From Vicugna vicugna (taxonomy: Eukaryota), in assembly GCA_013265495.1 (NCBI GenBank), contig MU058423.1:3673061-3737060 (forward strand): a stretch of 64,000 nucleotides of DNA, written 5' to 3'. Below are positions 1-14,200 of the stretch, piece by piece. Numbering within the stretch: the stretch's first letter is position 1; the number at the start of each line of letters is the position of its first letter. Under the pieces are notes generated by a model. That model saw only the letters and a program-made list of their open reading frames with translations, searched no databases and was not told the origin of the DNA. The position numbers were made by a program, and so were the translations under genes.

Positions 1-84
1 TTCATTCAGTGATTTAGTAGCCTTTCATTTGTTTCCATTTCATGAAATAATTTATCTATAAAGAAATTTTCTGTACCTTGCGTT

Positions 85-265
85 TGAATCCTGGATTAGG
101 CATATACTGGTTGTGTGAGCTCTCTCTAAGCTTTTTTTTTTTTCTGTAAAACTTGGAAAATATAAATCCCATCATAAGGGTAAGAGAGGTTAAAGAGTTA
201 AGACATGTAAGTCACTTAGTGCAATCTCAAGCAGACGGTAAGTGCCTAATAAGTGTAACTATTAA
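85..265 (+). mobile_element. MIR SINE relic (representative copy; others at about 13670-13870, 15470-15670, 16810-16990, 24630-24830, 25270-25500, 35080-35340, 52380-52990, 56030-56250, 57550-57790, 58050-58360)
   Basis: MIR core motifs such as CTCAGTTTCCTCATCTGTAAAATGG, GTTGTGAGGATTAAATGAG and TAAGTGCTCAATAAATG, in degraded form. Confidence 0.65.
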
Positions 266-2371
266 ATGTAATCGTTAAGTATTAACTCGTTGATAATGGT
301 CCTTTGCCTGTTTGAAAGACAAATCTTGGAAACTTTCTTTCTTAATTATTGACTAATAACTTCTTGAGTCTACTCATTGAATTCATAAATTTGGGTCTAC
401 TTTGATGTTAATTTTTCCATCAATTTCATTAAGGTTTCCAGAAGTTTTAGTATACCATTTTGCATAATATTGTGGTTTCTTTTAAAATATCTTTTAAATT
501 TGTTAAGTTCATGTGTTTGTTTTAATTCTCTAAATTATCCAGAGGTATTTTATTCACTTTTTTCCAAGGAGTTATCTTTTTAAATGTATTTATCAATTCT
601 GCCATCGGTTGCATTTAAGTGTCTGGGGTGGCAGCATGTGCTACTTATCAAAGTAAACAGAGCAGAACCTGCGCACTGTTAGATGTCGCAGATGGGGTGG
701 ACTCCCTTGATGCCTTCCACCCTTCTTTGATCCAGTCTCTACTTACACCCTTTAAATGGAATATCTAAGGAGGAACCAAATAGATCAGTCTTTAGTAAGT
801 ACTTTGAACTTTTACATTTTTTGAAAGGAATCTGAAATGAATCTTTACTTTTATTATTCCAGAACTTTAGGGCAGCACGAACACATTCTGAACAAGGTGG
901 TATTATGAACCTTATAAACAAATGAGGAACTACTAGAATTCTTTTGTAAAATGTATGTGTGAGTGTATGGGTGTTTTCATCATATCTCGGGCTTCAAAAT
1001 CTATTAAGTTTGGCACCAAATGAGCCATTTAAATCTACCTACTGCCTGAATCATTTCACCAGAGACGTGACTAGGGGTATGTTATGAATATTGGGAATGG
1101 ATGCTAAGAAAGTGTTCCTGGGTGAGTTACAGTTGCCTGCAACGTAGAGTACAACCAGCTCGTGGATAGATGGAAATTGTGATTATGCTGCTTAAGAAAA
1201 AAACTCCTCGTCTTTGCTGAGATTCCTGAGATACTCTTGTCAAGGACATGCTGATGATCCTATTTATAACCCTGGAATCTGTGCTGAGCCAAGTTCTCCA
1301 GACAATGAGAAATGTATTTCAATGCTATTTTTTTGTGCTGACATCATTTAGGATAATTTCTCCATCTACACTTAAAGAATTTTTCCAGGACCCTAACAGA
1401 TGGAGTAAACATCAAATGCCAGACTACTATCTAATTGAGGCCATCACCCAACTGGGTCACAAATTGAAGGACAGAGCAGTTATTATTTTATATGTATTTG
1501 TTTTTCTGATTCTTCTTGCTGATCAATAAAGTTCTTTTGATGGTGTTAGTTGAAAAGTCAATATTTTATTCTGGGAAGCGTATGCACTATTTCTAAGATG
1601 GACTCATTCCTATTTTGCCTTCATACTTTAATTTTTGGTTCTCAGTTTAAATATTTGGGAGAAAATATGCCAGCCCTATTGTTGACTATTTCTGTCCTCA
1701 TATTCAAGCCTATCAAGCATGACGCTAACGTTCCCACGTTGCCTGTTTTACTTATCAAATCCAAACCTACATCATAAAGCTTCAGAGTCACTAAGACTGT
1801 GAATATCATCCCCAGGATAGTGGAGCATTGTGTCTAAGTAGATGATATTCGAAATGCCTCTTCATTCTTTGAGCTGCGTAAAGCTATGTAATAAAATGTA
1901 TATGTTAAGCTTTTCTTATTTCATTTCTCACCATCTAGCTTCTGAGAAATAAAAGCAAAGGAACAATTAAAAAAAATAAATCCATGGAGGTGAGGAAGTG
2001 GAATGGGGTAAGAAAAGAGAGGAAATGTTTGAAACTCATAAGCAAAAGCATCTCTTTGCCACCTGCAGTATTTTACTGCCCCAAGCATCTTACAGGCGAT
2101 TTTAGGACCAGAAGTTTAGCCCATTTCCATTCATAACCAGAATTCAAAGGAAGAATGTAATATATATGATTTCCCCAAATATTGTTTCTCAAACCATGGG
2201 TGTTGGTACTCCAGCACAGAGATTGCTTTATGTAAATTGGGCAGTGGGAACCAATTTTTTGTTAATGTACGCTTTGATTTTCAAATACCAAAGATGGAAG
2301 TTAATACACTTCCCACGCCCTGACTCTCAAAGTCCTAGAGCTTCAAATATCTTACCTTTTATATAAACCTT

Positions 2372-2568
2372 CATTGTCCAGTACAATGAATAGCACTAGC
2401 CACTAGCCACATGTGGCTATTTAGATTAATTAGAACTGAAATTTATTTCCTCAGTTACTCTAGCCACATTTCCAGTGATCAGAAGCCACGTGGAGCTAGT
2501 GACTACTGTATGGGACAATGCAGATATAGGTCATTCCTATCATCACAGAAATTCTCTTGGACAGCATT
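2372..2568 (-). mobile_element. MER3-like hAT-Charlie DNA transposon relic
   Basis: TAGCCACTAGCCACATGTGGCTATT internal palindrome and the end ...CATCACAGAAATTCTCTTGGACAGC match the MER3 pattern as recalled. Confidence 0.75.
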
Positions 2569-5500
2569 TGGTGCATATTAGGTGCTCAACAAGGTCTCTT
2601 CATCACCCTCATCCTTGTATATTATTCCTCTAGGTCTTGGTTCACAGAAGCTAGAAGGTTAACAGTTCTGAATTAATTTTGGAGTAACCAAGATTATTCT
2701 CACCCCCAAGGTTTATTTTCAACACTATCTAGACTTAATACCTTCGTTACCTACTGAGAAGTTTGGCGTTTCAGGCCAGGATAAGGAGTTTACACTTACC
2801 CTGTAGCAAGCTAATAAAGGAGATTTGGGGGTGCCCCTTAGATCAGAGTCATCGTTGTCTCCCTAATTTCATAAACAATTTAGCAAAGTTGCAAATTCAC
2901 TCACTCTACAACCGCAAAGTGTATTTTCTTTCTTTTCTCTGTATCTGATCTAGTCTTTCTGGTGATCCCCGCTCACTGTGGAGCAGGGGGGAAAACGGTC
3001 CTCAGTGGTTTTAAATTCAGCCTGAACCAATAATGTGAACAGCCCTTAGGTAAGTTTCAGTCTTTCTCTGCAATAATTGCTTATTCAGCCGTATTTTCAC
3101 TTCTACATCCTCTCTGAGGGTGAGTAAGTGCAAGATAGATGGCACTTGGGTATATTTGCAGGTGTGGGGTGGTTTATGTAAACTTAGGGTGGCAGAAAGG
3201 GTAGCTGGTTTGCACTGGGGTTTGGCTGGTTTGGCCCTCTCCTGATACCTGGTGCAGATGTGTGAGGCGAGTGAACTCACAGGGACTCCTGCTCACCTCT
3301 GTCAGGGTCCCACGGTCAGTTCCAGCTAGCTGACCTCACCCCAGCTCTTGGGGTCCACTTTCTTCCATTTCCTCCATCTGCCCACCTGGCCTAGGTGGCT
3401 TATTCTACGAACGAACCATGGTGGGAGAACAGAGCTTCGCATTGTATTAACGTTAAGTTGTCTAGAAGCAACATTTGTTTCACGCAGCCTGCAAAGGAAA
3501 AGTTTAGACTAGGGAGTCTGGAGCACTCTCGTTCATCAAAGAATCTTCACAATTTGCATAATGGTATGTCAGTTGACATAAGCTGGTAATTACATTTACA
3601 GTTTAAGTGAACAACTTCTGTTTCCTATAATGAGCATCTATACACAGTATGTTTTACAAACCTTGTGGTTATCATGTGCTTTGCAATAGAAGGTTCAATC
3701 ATTCCTGGAGGATTAAACAAAAGGCCTCTTGCTTCTCCACAAACATAACAGGTGTTTGCTCAAATTCACATTGTTTCCTCACCTGTCCAGTCTCTTAAAA
3801 GGGCTCTCTTTTCCCTCTGCTCCTGGAGGCATGGGAGGAAGGATTGCTAATGTATTCTGTTTGCTAATCTCTGAGAATATAATTAATATACTATTTTGAG
3901 AACTTAAAATGCAAATGACCAAAGGGTTATTTTCTCCTATGTCTCCTCATTAAATATCACTCTTATTTGCATTTTCTTTTTAACACAGACCGAATCAAAG
4001 AATACATGTTTTGTTGTTTTTCCCATACTGTCCAGGTCTCCCATCTCTAGCTGCCTTCCCTCATCCAACCACAATCCCTCAGTTATCAGAGAGGGAGGGC
4101 TTCCCTTTTTCTTCCTCTACTTTGTGGCCTCCTTTGGTCCAGCTGTAGCTTTGTGACTAACCTTGGGTGGAGAAGAATCCTATACATGACTAGAGAAACT
4201 CTCTGATCTAGGTCTTCCAGGTTTGGTTCTTGCTATCTTAGAGGAATTTAAAATATCTTCTGCCAAGGACTGTGGCCTTGTATGGGCACAGAAAAATGTC
4301 TCAATTCCTTTAGTATGCCTGCTTTATTCTGCACTGCATCTTTTATGATTTGATGTCAAAAGTGGATGAATGAAATGAAACATTTTGGGGGGAGGTAAAA
4401 TGTATCAGTTTAAAATTTGCTAAAATACCATTCTTATTACATTAACAAGTGCTGAAGGCATTTGATCCTGAAGACATGATAAACATCATTTCTTAATCCC
4501 TTCCAACAACTGCTGGAATTTCCATTGGAACTGTGTGTGCCAAGAAGGGCTGCGTCTCTGACGTCCTTTTGCCCTTGTAGTTTAATTACATGTAAGGCAG
4601 CTTGGAAGCAGGAAATGCCACTTGGGAAATGTGGGAGAGTTGTGGGTCCATTTTACAGATTGGTGACAATTTTTGGTACCCTGAAGATGTTTTTATCTTC
4701 AATTTCTTTGAAATATCAACCCCTAGAGTGATTTATATTAACAGTGCAAAAGAGTGGTGGGAAAAGAATAGCCGGAAGTAGTGAGTACATCACATTTCTG
4801 AATTATGATAGCAGTAGAGAGACCACACCTCTGAGTAATCATAAGCATTCAGACTAACACTGGCACACTAGCACTTTATGAAGTTCTCCTTTAATTGTTT
4901 ATTCACTGGAAGACCTTTACCATGACTCACTTTTTTCCTCCATGTTAGTGTCTTTAAATAGGAGCCAGCCTTGAAGAGCTCAACTGTGTCCATCCTGGAA
5001 CAGTACTATAAGTCTAGGGTAAGTAGTACACGTTTTTTAATATGTTTTCTAAATACTTTGATTTGGGAGTAAATCTGTCTAGAATATTTATAGGTGACAA
5101 CATGTGTCACAGAGATTGAGGTCCTTAACTCTGTGACAGAGTCAAAATTCAAATTCCCAATTCGTTAATCATGTGGTATAATTCAACTTTGGGATGCTCT
5201 TGGATTCTGACTTATTCAGAAGCTGTTTGATTATTACTGACAGCTATGAATTATAAACTGGTTTGAGTTTTGACTATTAACCACTGTATGCACACAAATG
5301 CATTTATAGCTAGAAGAGTTACCAACAGTCATCTCCCTGAGCCATAGTTTAAATGGGACTGTTGATGTCCAGGTGGTTAAATGAGAGGCCAGGAAGGAAC
5401 AGAGTCAGGGCTAAAACCCAGATTCCCTGACATTCATTCAGTCTCCATTCATTTATCCCATTTCCTCATTTGATATTCTATCTTCATTTGTTCTTTTATC

Positions 5501-6003
5501 CATCCATTCACTCTAGTGTTCTTTGTGTTGATTTCTGACCATAAGCACTGTTAATTATTGGTAAGCTGAATGTGAATTTGCAAAGCATTTTTAAAGCTCT
5601 GTACTGGGGCACTCTTTCAACTTAACACATACAAGCAAAAGGATGGACGTTCTCATGTTAAAACGTGAGTCCAAATTGATTGCTGAACTCTACCCTGGAG
5701 ATGCAGCAAAGCAGCTCTTGCATGATGTCTGACCTCTTTTGAAGGCCAAGGAATAGGTCAAGTCATTCTGCTCAATCACTGAGGCCAGTAGGCCAGGCCC
5801 TTCCTGAATGTCACCTGACCTGAAGGGCAGTGTGACTCAGTGCTGGCTGATCTCTGCTCCTCCAAGGGTGATTCCCCAACTTGGGGCAAAGCAGAGAGGA
5901 GGCCAGCTTCAAAGCCTCTCTCGGCCTGCGGAAAAGCAGTCTGGAGTGGGGCAGCTGCCAAGTCCACCACATGAGTGTTCATTTTGCTTGGCTTGTGGTC
6001 AAG

Positions 6004-6010
<7 letters not shown>

Positions 6011-6046
<36 letters not shown>

Positions 6047-6081
6047 AACAAACAAAAACAAAACAAAACAAAACAAAACAA
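6011..6081 (+). repeat. A35 followed by (CAAAA)n
   Basis: Read directly from the sequence. Confidence 0.95.
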
Positions 6082-6437
6082 CCCACAACAGGTTAAGAGT
6101 GAGTAATGGGTTAGGCTGGCTCTTGGTGTTTGTCATCAGACAGAGAAGGTTCTGGTCTGGAGTGCTCCAGGGAAGGCCACAGTCTTTGCAGTTGTGGGTC
6201 TGTTTTCCAGGCCAAGTTGTCACCCTAAGCTGGGATGCTTTATTGATTGCTATCTGGAATAGATCTAAGGGAATGGTTTCAAAAGACCCTTGATTCTTTC
6301 CTTTGTGCTACTGAAGGATTACTTACTTACTATTCAACTGCAGTGTCGCAGGCTGGCCCTCTCTCCTGAGGGCTAAAATGGAAAGAAATTTGATGTGGCA
6401 GAAGAGGCCAAAATGTTGTTATTAATTTCATTCCTGA

Positions 6438-6464
6438 CAGCAGCAGCAGCAGCAGCAGCAGCAG
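6438..6464 (+). repeat. (CAG)9 microsatellite, non-coding
   Basis: Read directly from the sequence. Confidence 0.95.
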
Positions 6465-6776
6465 TAATAGCAAAGAAATGGAATGCAGTACGAAGCGAAG
6501 GGGGCCTGGGAGGAAGCTTCATCTAGAAATGTCCAGACCCACCCAGGCTATGTATTTGCAGTAGGAGTCTCAGTGGGCTCTCAGCTGGCTTGCTTTTGCT
6601 GCCCGTTTAAGGAAACCTGGCCTGGTGTTGGCTCCAAGCTGCTCATTTTCTCCCCTATCCCCTCACTATGCAAATTTAAACTTATCCAGGGTAATAAAAA
6701 TTGTCCTCCTAAAATACATGTGATGTGAGAAGTATCCCCACATGGCTGAGGCAGGGTATTGAAAATATAGAACTGG

Positions 6777-7120
6777 TTTTTTTAAATTGAAGTATAGTTG
6801 ATTTACAATGCTGTGTTAGTTTCAGATATACAGCAAGGTGATTCAGTTATATATATATCTTTTTTTTCAGATTCTTTTCCATTATGAGTTATTACAAGAT
6901 ATTGAGTATAGTTCCTTGTCCTATACAGTAGGTCCTTGTTGTTTATCTGTTTTATTTACAGTAATGCATATCTGTTCATCCCAAGCTCCTCATTTATCCC
7001 CCACCCTTCCCCTTCGGTAACCATGAGCTTGTTTTCTGTGTCTGTGAATCTCTTTCTGCTTTGTAAATAAGTTCATGTGTATCATTTTTTAAGACTCTAC
7101 ATTATAAGTGATATCATACG
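6777..7120 (-). mobile_element. L1 3' end fragment
   Basis: Starts TTTTTTAAATTGAAGTATAGTTGATTTACAATG..., the same L1 3' UTR seen at 8980, 20380, 22950 and 38310. Confidence 0.88.
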
Positions 7121-7784
7121 ATATAAAATTGGGTTTTAAGCATGCTAAAATTCTGTACTAACCCTTGTGCTAAAACAGTGAGGTCTGGAGAGGTCTATTA
7201 CAAGAAGGGTGGGAATTGGACGCTCCAAGTGATGACTCTGGAGAAAGACAATTACTTGGGAAACACACTTTATATGCTTGGAAGAAACAATGAAGTCAAG
7301 AATGAGTGAGTCAGTGTAAAGGGGGACAGGAGCAGAATGAGGGAGGGAAGAACAGCTTCTCGCAGACCCTTCTGAATGCCCAGGAAACAGGAGTTTTCCA
7401 GGGATTTTTGCGACTCAGGTGAAATATAGAAAAACCAAAACTCAGAATATACTTGGGGCCCAGATAAGAAAGACTTGTTTCCATAGTGACGTGGTGGTTA
7501 AATGAAATAGTTCTGGCATCAGCATGGAAAAAGAACAGTAAAGGTGGATTAGCAAGGCACACCTGTCCTGTCTCACCTTCTCTTTCCTTCCCTCCACATC
7601 CTCCTTTTATTCCCAAAGCATCTTTTGTGTACCTAGGTTGTTAGAGGATATTATACTTAGCTCTAGCCATGAGGTATAGTAGTAAGAGCGCAACTCCAGA
7701 GTCCCAGGGTCTGGGTTCAGATTCCAGCTGTGATTCTGACATTTTGACTTCCAAAGACCATTGCCTTTAGAGCTTTAATAAAAG

Positions 7785-8695
7785 GGATCCAGATTTCCTT
7801 GGAAAAATGGGCAATTCCAGGTGTAGGGCATGAAAATATGCTCCTAGAATATGTTACTGTGTCAAAAAGCAAAGAAAGGCTCAGTCACAAGGTCAAGACC
7901 AAAGGATAAGGTACTGCCTTGAGGTCTCCTTGGGAAGCCCAGTTTGGGAAATATTTGTGCATTAAAAAATCATATGGTACTGAACTATAATATATTGATA
8001 TTTAAAAAAAAAAAGAATCAACAGTTCCATAGCAATGCTCCAGGGTATGCAAGAGGTGGAAAGAAAAAGCTGTGTTTTTATGGAAGAATGACAGCTGGAA
8101 ATCTTAGAAGAAATTATATAATTGGAAAAAATCTCTATTTTGCAGCCAACAATATAATAAATGATTCAGACAAGTGTTATCAATGGATAGTGAAACAACT
8201 AGGTAAAAGATTTCTAGAGAACAGAATATAGTATTTGAAAACATCTTCCTGCACTTAAAAATTGCAATGGGAAAAAATGTGCTTTTGCAATGGAGGTAGC
8301 TGCTGGACATGAATTTAACCAAGGGGTCAAAATTAGCATGTCTAGTATTGGGTCAGACTGAAACCAGGTACCTGCAGTGATATAAAATGAAATATTGAAG
8401 AAATATGATAACCAAAGTCATGCAATGATCCTTGATTGAAACATAGTTTGGGGGAAACTCCCCTCCCCAACTATCTAGAATATTTCTGAACCAATTGGAG
8501 AATATGAAACATATTATTGTATCAATAATAAGTTTCTTGAATGTGATAATGGTGTGTTTATGTAGAAGGATGTCTTGCAGGATACATGATGATGTATTTA
8601 AGGGTGAGGTGTTAACAGTTGATGAATCTAAGTGAAGGCTTTCATCACTGTAATATTCCTTCAACTTTTCTGTATGTTTGAAAAATTTGAAAATA
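7785..8695 (+). mobile_element. Old L1 (L1M-type) 3' region, degraded
   Basis: A-rich segment ending in motifs typical of ancient L1 3' UTRs (TATTGTATCAAT...CAACTTTTCTGTATGTTTGAAAAATTT). Confidence 0.55.
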
Positions 8696-8946
8696 ATTTC
8701 CCAACTTTGGGCAAGTTTGTTAACCTCACTAAGGTTATCGTTTTTCCTGTGAAACCTCATAGGATTGCCTTAGTATCTTGTTTGCAAAGAACACATAGTA
8801 ATTGTTCAATAAATAAGTTGTTCAATAAATTCTTCTCCCTCTCTTCTGTATTACTAACAGAGTGTGAGTTGATAAGGACAGAAATGGTCTTTTCCATCTG
8901 TATCCCTCCAGTGCTTAGCATGTGGTGGGGTTCAAGAAATGTTTCT

Positions 8947-9889
8947 CTCTCTTTTTTTTTTTTTTGGTATCTATATATTTTTATTGAAGAATAGTCAGTT
9001 TACAATGTTGTGTCAATTTCTGGTGTACAGCACAATGCTTCAGTCATACATGAGCATACATATATTCATTTTTGCATTCTCTTTCAGCATAAATTACTAT
9101 AAGATATTGAATATAGTTCCCTGTGCTATACAGTGTGAACTTGTTGTTTATCTATTTTATATTTATTAGTTAATATCTGAAAATCTCCAACTTGCAATTT
9201 ATCCCTTTCAATCCCCTTCCCCCCTGGTAACCATAAGTTTGTTTTCTATGTCTGTGAGTCTGTTTCTGTTTTATAGATAAGTTCATTTGTCTTTTTTTTT
9301 TTAAATTCCACATATGAGTGATTTTTTTCCTTCTCTTTTCTTTCTCTTTCTGGCTTGCTTCACTTAGAATGACAATCTCCAAGTCCATCCATGTTGCTGC
9401 AAATAGCATTATTTTATTCTTTTTTATGGCTGAGTAGTATTCCATTGTATAAATATATCACAAATTCTTTATCCAGTCAAATGTGGATGGACATTTAGGC
9501 TGTTTCCATGTCTTGGCTATTGTATATAGTGCTGCTATGAACATTGGGGTGCATGTATCTTTTTGAATTAAGGTTCCCTCTGGATATACGCCCAGGAGTG
9601 GGATTGCTGGATCATAGGCTAAGTCTATTTTTAGTCTTTTGAGTAATCTCCATACTGTTTTCCATGTACCAAACTACATTCCTACCAGCAGTGTAGAAGG
9701 GTTCCCTTTTCTCCACACCCTCTCCAGCACTTATTGTTTGTGGACTTTTGAAAAATGGCCATTCTGACTGGTGTGAGGCGATACCTCATTGTAGTTTTGA
9801 TTTGCATTTCCCTGATAATTATCAATACTGAGCCTTTTTTCATGTGCCTATTGGCCATTTGTAGGTCTTCACTGAAGCATTGCTTGTTT
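8947..9889 (-). mobile_element. 5'-truncated L1 (3' UTR plus ORF2 C-terminus)
   Basis: Poly(T) at the left end. ORF2 C-terminal peptide [23 protein letters not shown] on the minus strand. 13-bp TSD AAGAAATGTTTCT at 8934-8946 and 9890-9902. Confidence 0.92.
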
Positions 9890-10091
9890 AAGAAATGTTT
9901 CTTGATTTAAGAAGTGAAATAAAACTATGAATAAAATCATATTAAAATGTTGGTTCTGAATGGAGGAAATCGCAATAGCATTTGCAGAGACGCACTGTAA
10001 TAACCTACTTGGTATTTGATTGGTGCCACCAGGTTGTTGTTCCACTGTTACAGTTGCTTGTATGGCTGACTGTACCTTACTATACTGTAAG

Positions 10092-10285
10092 GCAGAGTTT
10101 CTCAGCTCCGGCATCCAGGAGAGTCAGCCCAGGGGACTTGTGAAAGCACGTTGCTGGACCTCACCCCATAGTTTCTGATCCAGTAGATCTGGAGTGAGGT
10201 CTGATCCAGTAGATCTGGAGTGAGTAGATCAGGGGATGCGGATGCTAACACTGGTGGTCCAGACACTACACTTTGAGAACTGCTG
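10092..10285. mobile_element. MER5A-like hAT-Charlie relic
   Basis: Termini CAGAGTTTCTCA ... TTTGAGAACTGCTG and internal TTCTGATCCAGTAGATCTGG motif. Confidence 0.75.
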
Positions 10286-13200
10286 ACGAGGAGCTCATGG
10301 AGTGGGACGAGCCCAGGAAACGCAGGGAAACACTGTCGATCCCTGAGCAGACCCTGCACAGAGCCTCCTTGATGTGCATGAAGGGCATTTGGTGAAAAGA
10401 GCTGGTTCTTATCATCCCATCGGTATCTCCCTGAAGTGAAATGGTCTTTCCTCAACATTGAGACAATAACATTGCATAGAGGGAGCATGAGTTTTAAACA
10501 TCTACAAAATGATTATGTATGATATAAATATTTATATATATATAAAATGATCCTAAGGTATGATAAACCTTAGTCATATAAATATATGCACACGTAGTCA
10601 TAAATGTATACATGAAAGCTAACATCTTCCTGGTTTGAGCCATTATGAAGCAAAATAGTAACAAAAGAGAAAGAGAGAGAGAAAGAACTCTTCCTGACGA
10701 CTTTAGCTGGGCTTGTCCTCTGCATTCATGTACAACTCCACAGAGAGAGAAAGCCAGGCCCAGGGAAGTCAGCAAACGACATGGCCCAGATCGTAGCAAA
10801 ACTGGAAGAGACAGCCGGCGTTTGGGTCTACAACTAGGTCATGCTGCCTTGCTGCGGGTCCTGGAGGGCGGTGTCTTCTTTGCTTCCGTTCCCAGACCTT
10901 CTCTGGTGCATGGAATAGACACGCTGCCCTACTTACTCTTCTTCGACCTGCAGAACTTCAAGGGGGGGTCCGTACTTAAAACTCATGTAATCTAGAAATT
11001 TAATTCTTGCTGAAAATACACTGATGAGAGTAATGAGATTTTGGTTTGGAATTTTCTAAAGGAATAACCCTAACAAATTATAATACCTGTATTTACTATC
11101 CCTCAAAAAAGGAAAAATTACATTTTTCGGAGTCTTTCGGGACAATTCTCATTTAAATTCTCTGTTCTTGCTGTTTGTAACAATGACTTTTCTCCTTAAG
11201 GTTGGTCACCTGTGAATAATAGAACAGAGGAAGAAAGAATAGTCTTTATAATTAATGCACGCAGTTTCTAGAACTCCCTTAAGCCTGTTGCTCCTAGTTC
11301 TCCCGAGAGGAAAATGTCCTTGGCATCTCTTAAAAGAGTTGTGTGTGCCAATCTGGCTAGACATTCTACATTCTTTTCTATGAGCCATGATCATGATTTT
11401 CCAATACACTAGTATTTTCTAAGCAAATATAATAAAAATCATGAAAGAGTGAATAAGAAATAGGACAATAGTTTCATATTAAAGCAAGTGCCTGCCCTGA
11501 CTGTTTTAATGAAAGGACACGTCCCCTGTAAACTGCACGAGTTCCTGAGAATGTGAACCATCTTCCATGGTATGTCTTTGGAATCTGAGCAAGCGGAGAG
11601 CTCCCAGGGCTGAGAGACTATCATTAATAGTTATATGGATTAAATACATATTCCTCTAAACTTTGCAACACAGTTACAATCACAAACTCCTTCCAGCTCC
11701 TTAATATAGCCACTGCAAGTAAGGATAACTGTATAAGTGGACCACTTAGCTCACATGCTAATTTCATTACCTTCAGTGACTCCTCATTGTACACAGAATA
11801 GCATTTATATGACCCTTCCTAAGTGCCAGACAGGCTTAAGCATTTCCACATGTTAACTTGTTTAATACTTGCAACAGAACAGAAAGGCTAAGTAACTTGC
11901 CTAAGGTCGTGGATAACCAGGTTTCTTACTCAGGAAGTCTGGCTGGAAGTGTCATGCTCTTAGCTGCTACTCAGAATTGGGAGGAAGCCCTGTGGATTTG
12001 GTGTCTATTTCTGACCTTGACTTTCACTGTCTCCCTTGAACACCTAATGATGCGGTCATATGGATTTACTTGTCCTGGCCCACGTGGAACTTGGTACATG
12101 TTGCTGCAGCTTGAAAGAATAGGCCTTCTCGCTTCTTACACATCCTTGCATAAACATCACTCTGTCAAAGTCCTCTTTCTCAAGAGCTCAGATAAAGTCC
12201 TCGCTTTTCTTGAGAAGTCTTCCTAGATTCTTCAAGCAACACTGAATGTCTCCTTTCAACCCTCCAGGAGCATCGTTGTTAGGACCACTATCATTACACC
12301 TACTGGAATTGTTTACATGTTTGGCTTCTTGAGTAAACGGTGAGGTCCTAGGGGACAGGGTCTTTTTTTTTTCCACCTCTGTAGCCCTCACCACACCAAG
12401 CACATAGTAGGCACTTACTAGAATACCGAATTGAAGGCAAATACAGTGTATGAGTGTTCAGTATGCAATTGTTCTCATTTCCTGCAGAGACTCCTTATGT
12501 GCATGTAGTCATCTGATTGCATTTAGTTACTGTTCTGGATATAAGTGCTTTTTATGATGAGGGGGAAATGCAGAGAAAATATCAAATATAATCTCACGTC
12601 CAGTGTGCAGGCTAAGGAGTGCTCCATAAGTCATCGATTTTGTCTTAGCGTAACTACTGAAATAATGAAAGCAATTTAAATAATCCTTGGGAAATCCTGT
12701 AGAGCTTCCCCCCCATACGGCCATGGGGGCCTTCCTTGGGCTCCCTTCTGCAGTTGTGCATATGTCATGTTTCCCCTTGTGAGCTCCTTGGAAAGGACTC
12801 ACTCATTTCCTTGTATTCATTATACCTGATGAGGCAGGGACCTAAAACATAGTTGTGTAATGTTGATGGTGGGAATAATGTCAAGTTGGTATCATCAAAC
12901 AGTGGAACATTCTGTTTATAAAAATGCTTCTATTTATTGAATGAATGAATGCATAAATGCATACCTCTCTAACTCATTATTTCGTCAATGAGAAATCCGA
13001 TGTCTGAAGAGTTAAGGACTGGCTGGTGCTCCAAAGGCTACTAGTGATGGAGCAGGCATTTGAAGCTGGGCACTTTGCCTCATCGCCCAATGGCACTTGT
13101 TCTCATCTGCACGGTAAAATTTGGGCCTTTGGAAGAAAAGAGGGTTTCTTTTCAAATGCATTGAATTACATAGACTACGTAGTCAAGGAACTGTGTAGTA

Positions 13201-14165
13201 GAATTTTCTAGATAGCTCCCCCGATCCCCCAAAATGACTTTTCTTTCCGCTTGCTACTGATTCATTGGTCCATGTCACTGCCTACGTAGTATATTCTGAA
13301 TCTAACTGAATATTTCTTCAATAACTTAGAATCTCGTGATGCCTTGGGCTCACGTCCATGATCCCTGCACAGCAGTGTCATGATATCGGTCTAGGAAGCT
13401 GGGCTGGATGTTGTGTTACCTCATGGCAGACCTTAAAAAGTGAAAGCAATCATCAGCCCTAGTGGTTTTCTCACTATCTGATTATTGTTCCTGCTTACTG
13501 AGAATGTGATGGTAGCAGAGGCCTGGGGGATGGGAGAGGAAGACTTATGTATTCAAAATTCTAATTAATTGGGTTCCAACTAGTTTAAATTTTGGGATTT
13601 TTCTGTGATTTTTGCATTGCAGAGTAATCCCAGATATATATGCATGCAAAGTAAAATCAATATATGTGGAATTTTGTAGTAGGAAGAACAGAAGCTTTGG
13701 AGCCAGACAGCCCTGGCTCTGAATCCCAGCTCTACACACTGTCTGTGAGATATAGGGCTGGTTATTTAATGTGTCTGAATCTCATATTCTTTCATATACA
13801 ATGAAGATAATAATAAGTATCTCACAGAGTTGTGCACATTAAATAAAATGCGCAGTCCATGCTAGACATTCTGTATATTTTAGTTTCTTCCCCTAAAACT
13901 CCATTCGTTATTTTCCCAATAAAAGAGAAGTTAGAGTTATAATGTATTGCCATATGCTATAAATAACAAGAAAGATACAGCATTGAATTTGTGTAGAACT
14001 AATGACTCAACTAGAGTGCTAATCAGATTAATGTTGTTTGGTGAAAAATTTTTAAGGAACTCAGGAAGATTCTTAGACATTTGTAGAGATAAGATGGAAT
14101 GTTACTGGGATATCTTTTTGGTTCCAATAATACTGTCATTCTTGACTACAAATGATGAATCTTAT

Positions 14166-14200
14166 GCGGGTATGGCTTAGTGGTAGACCATCTGACTGCA
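14166..14200 (+). pseudogene. Tailless 5'-half tRNA-Cys(GCA) retropseudogene
   Basis: GCGGGTATGGCTTAGTGGTAGACCATCTGACTGCA matches 30/35 positions of the mammalian tRNA-Cys 5' half as recalled (GGGGGTATAGCTCAGTGGTAGAGCATTTGACTGCA) and ends at the anticodon. It is flanked by the direct repeat AATGATGAATCTTA at 14151-14164 and 14201-14214. Confidence 0.8.

Noticed and set aside
5776..6293. Poly-Lys and poly-Phe ORFs
   Set aside because: Artefacts of the A35/(CAAAA)n tract.
9170..9445. ORFs with recognisable protein motifs here and at 38884-39150
   Set aside because: They are frameshifted fragments of the L1 ORF2p C-terminus in truncated elements.
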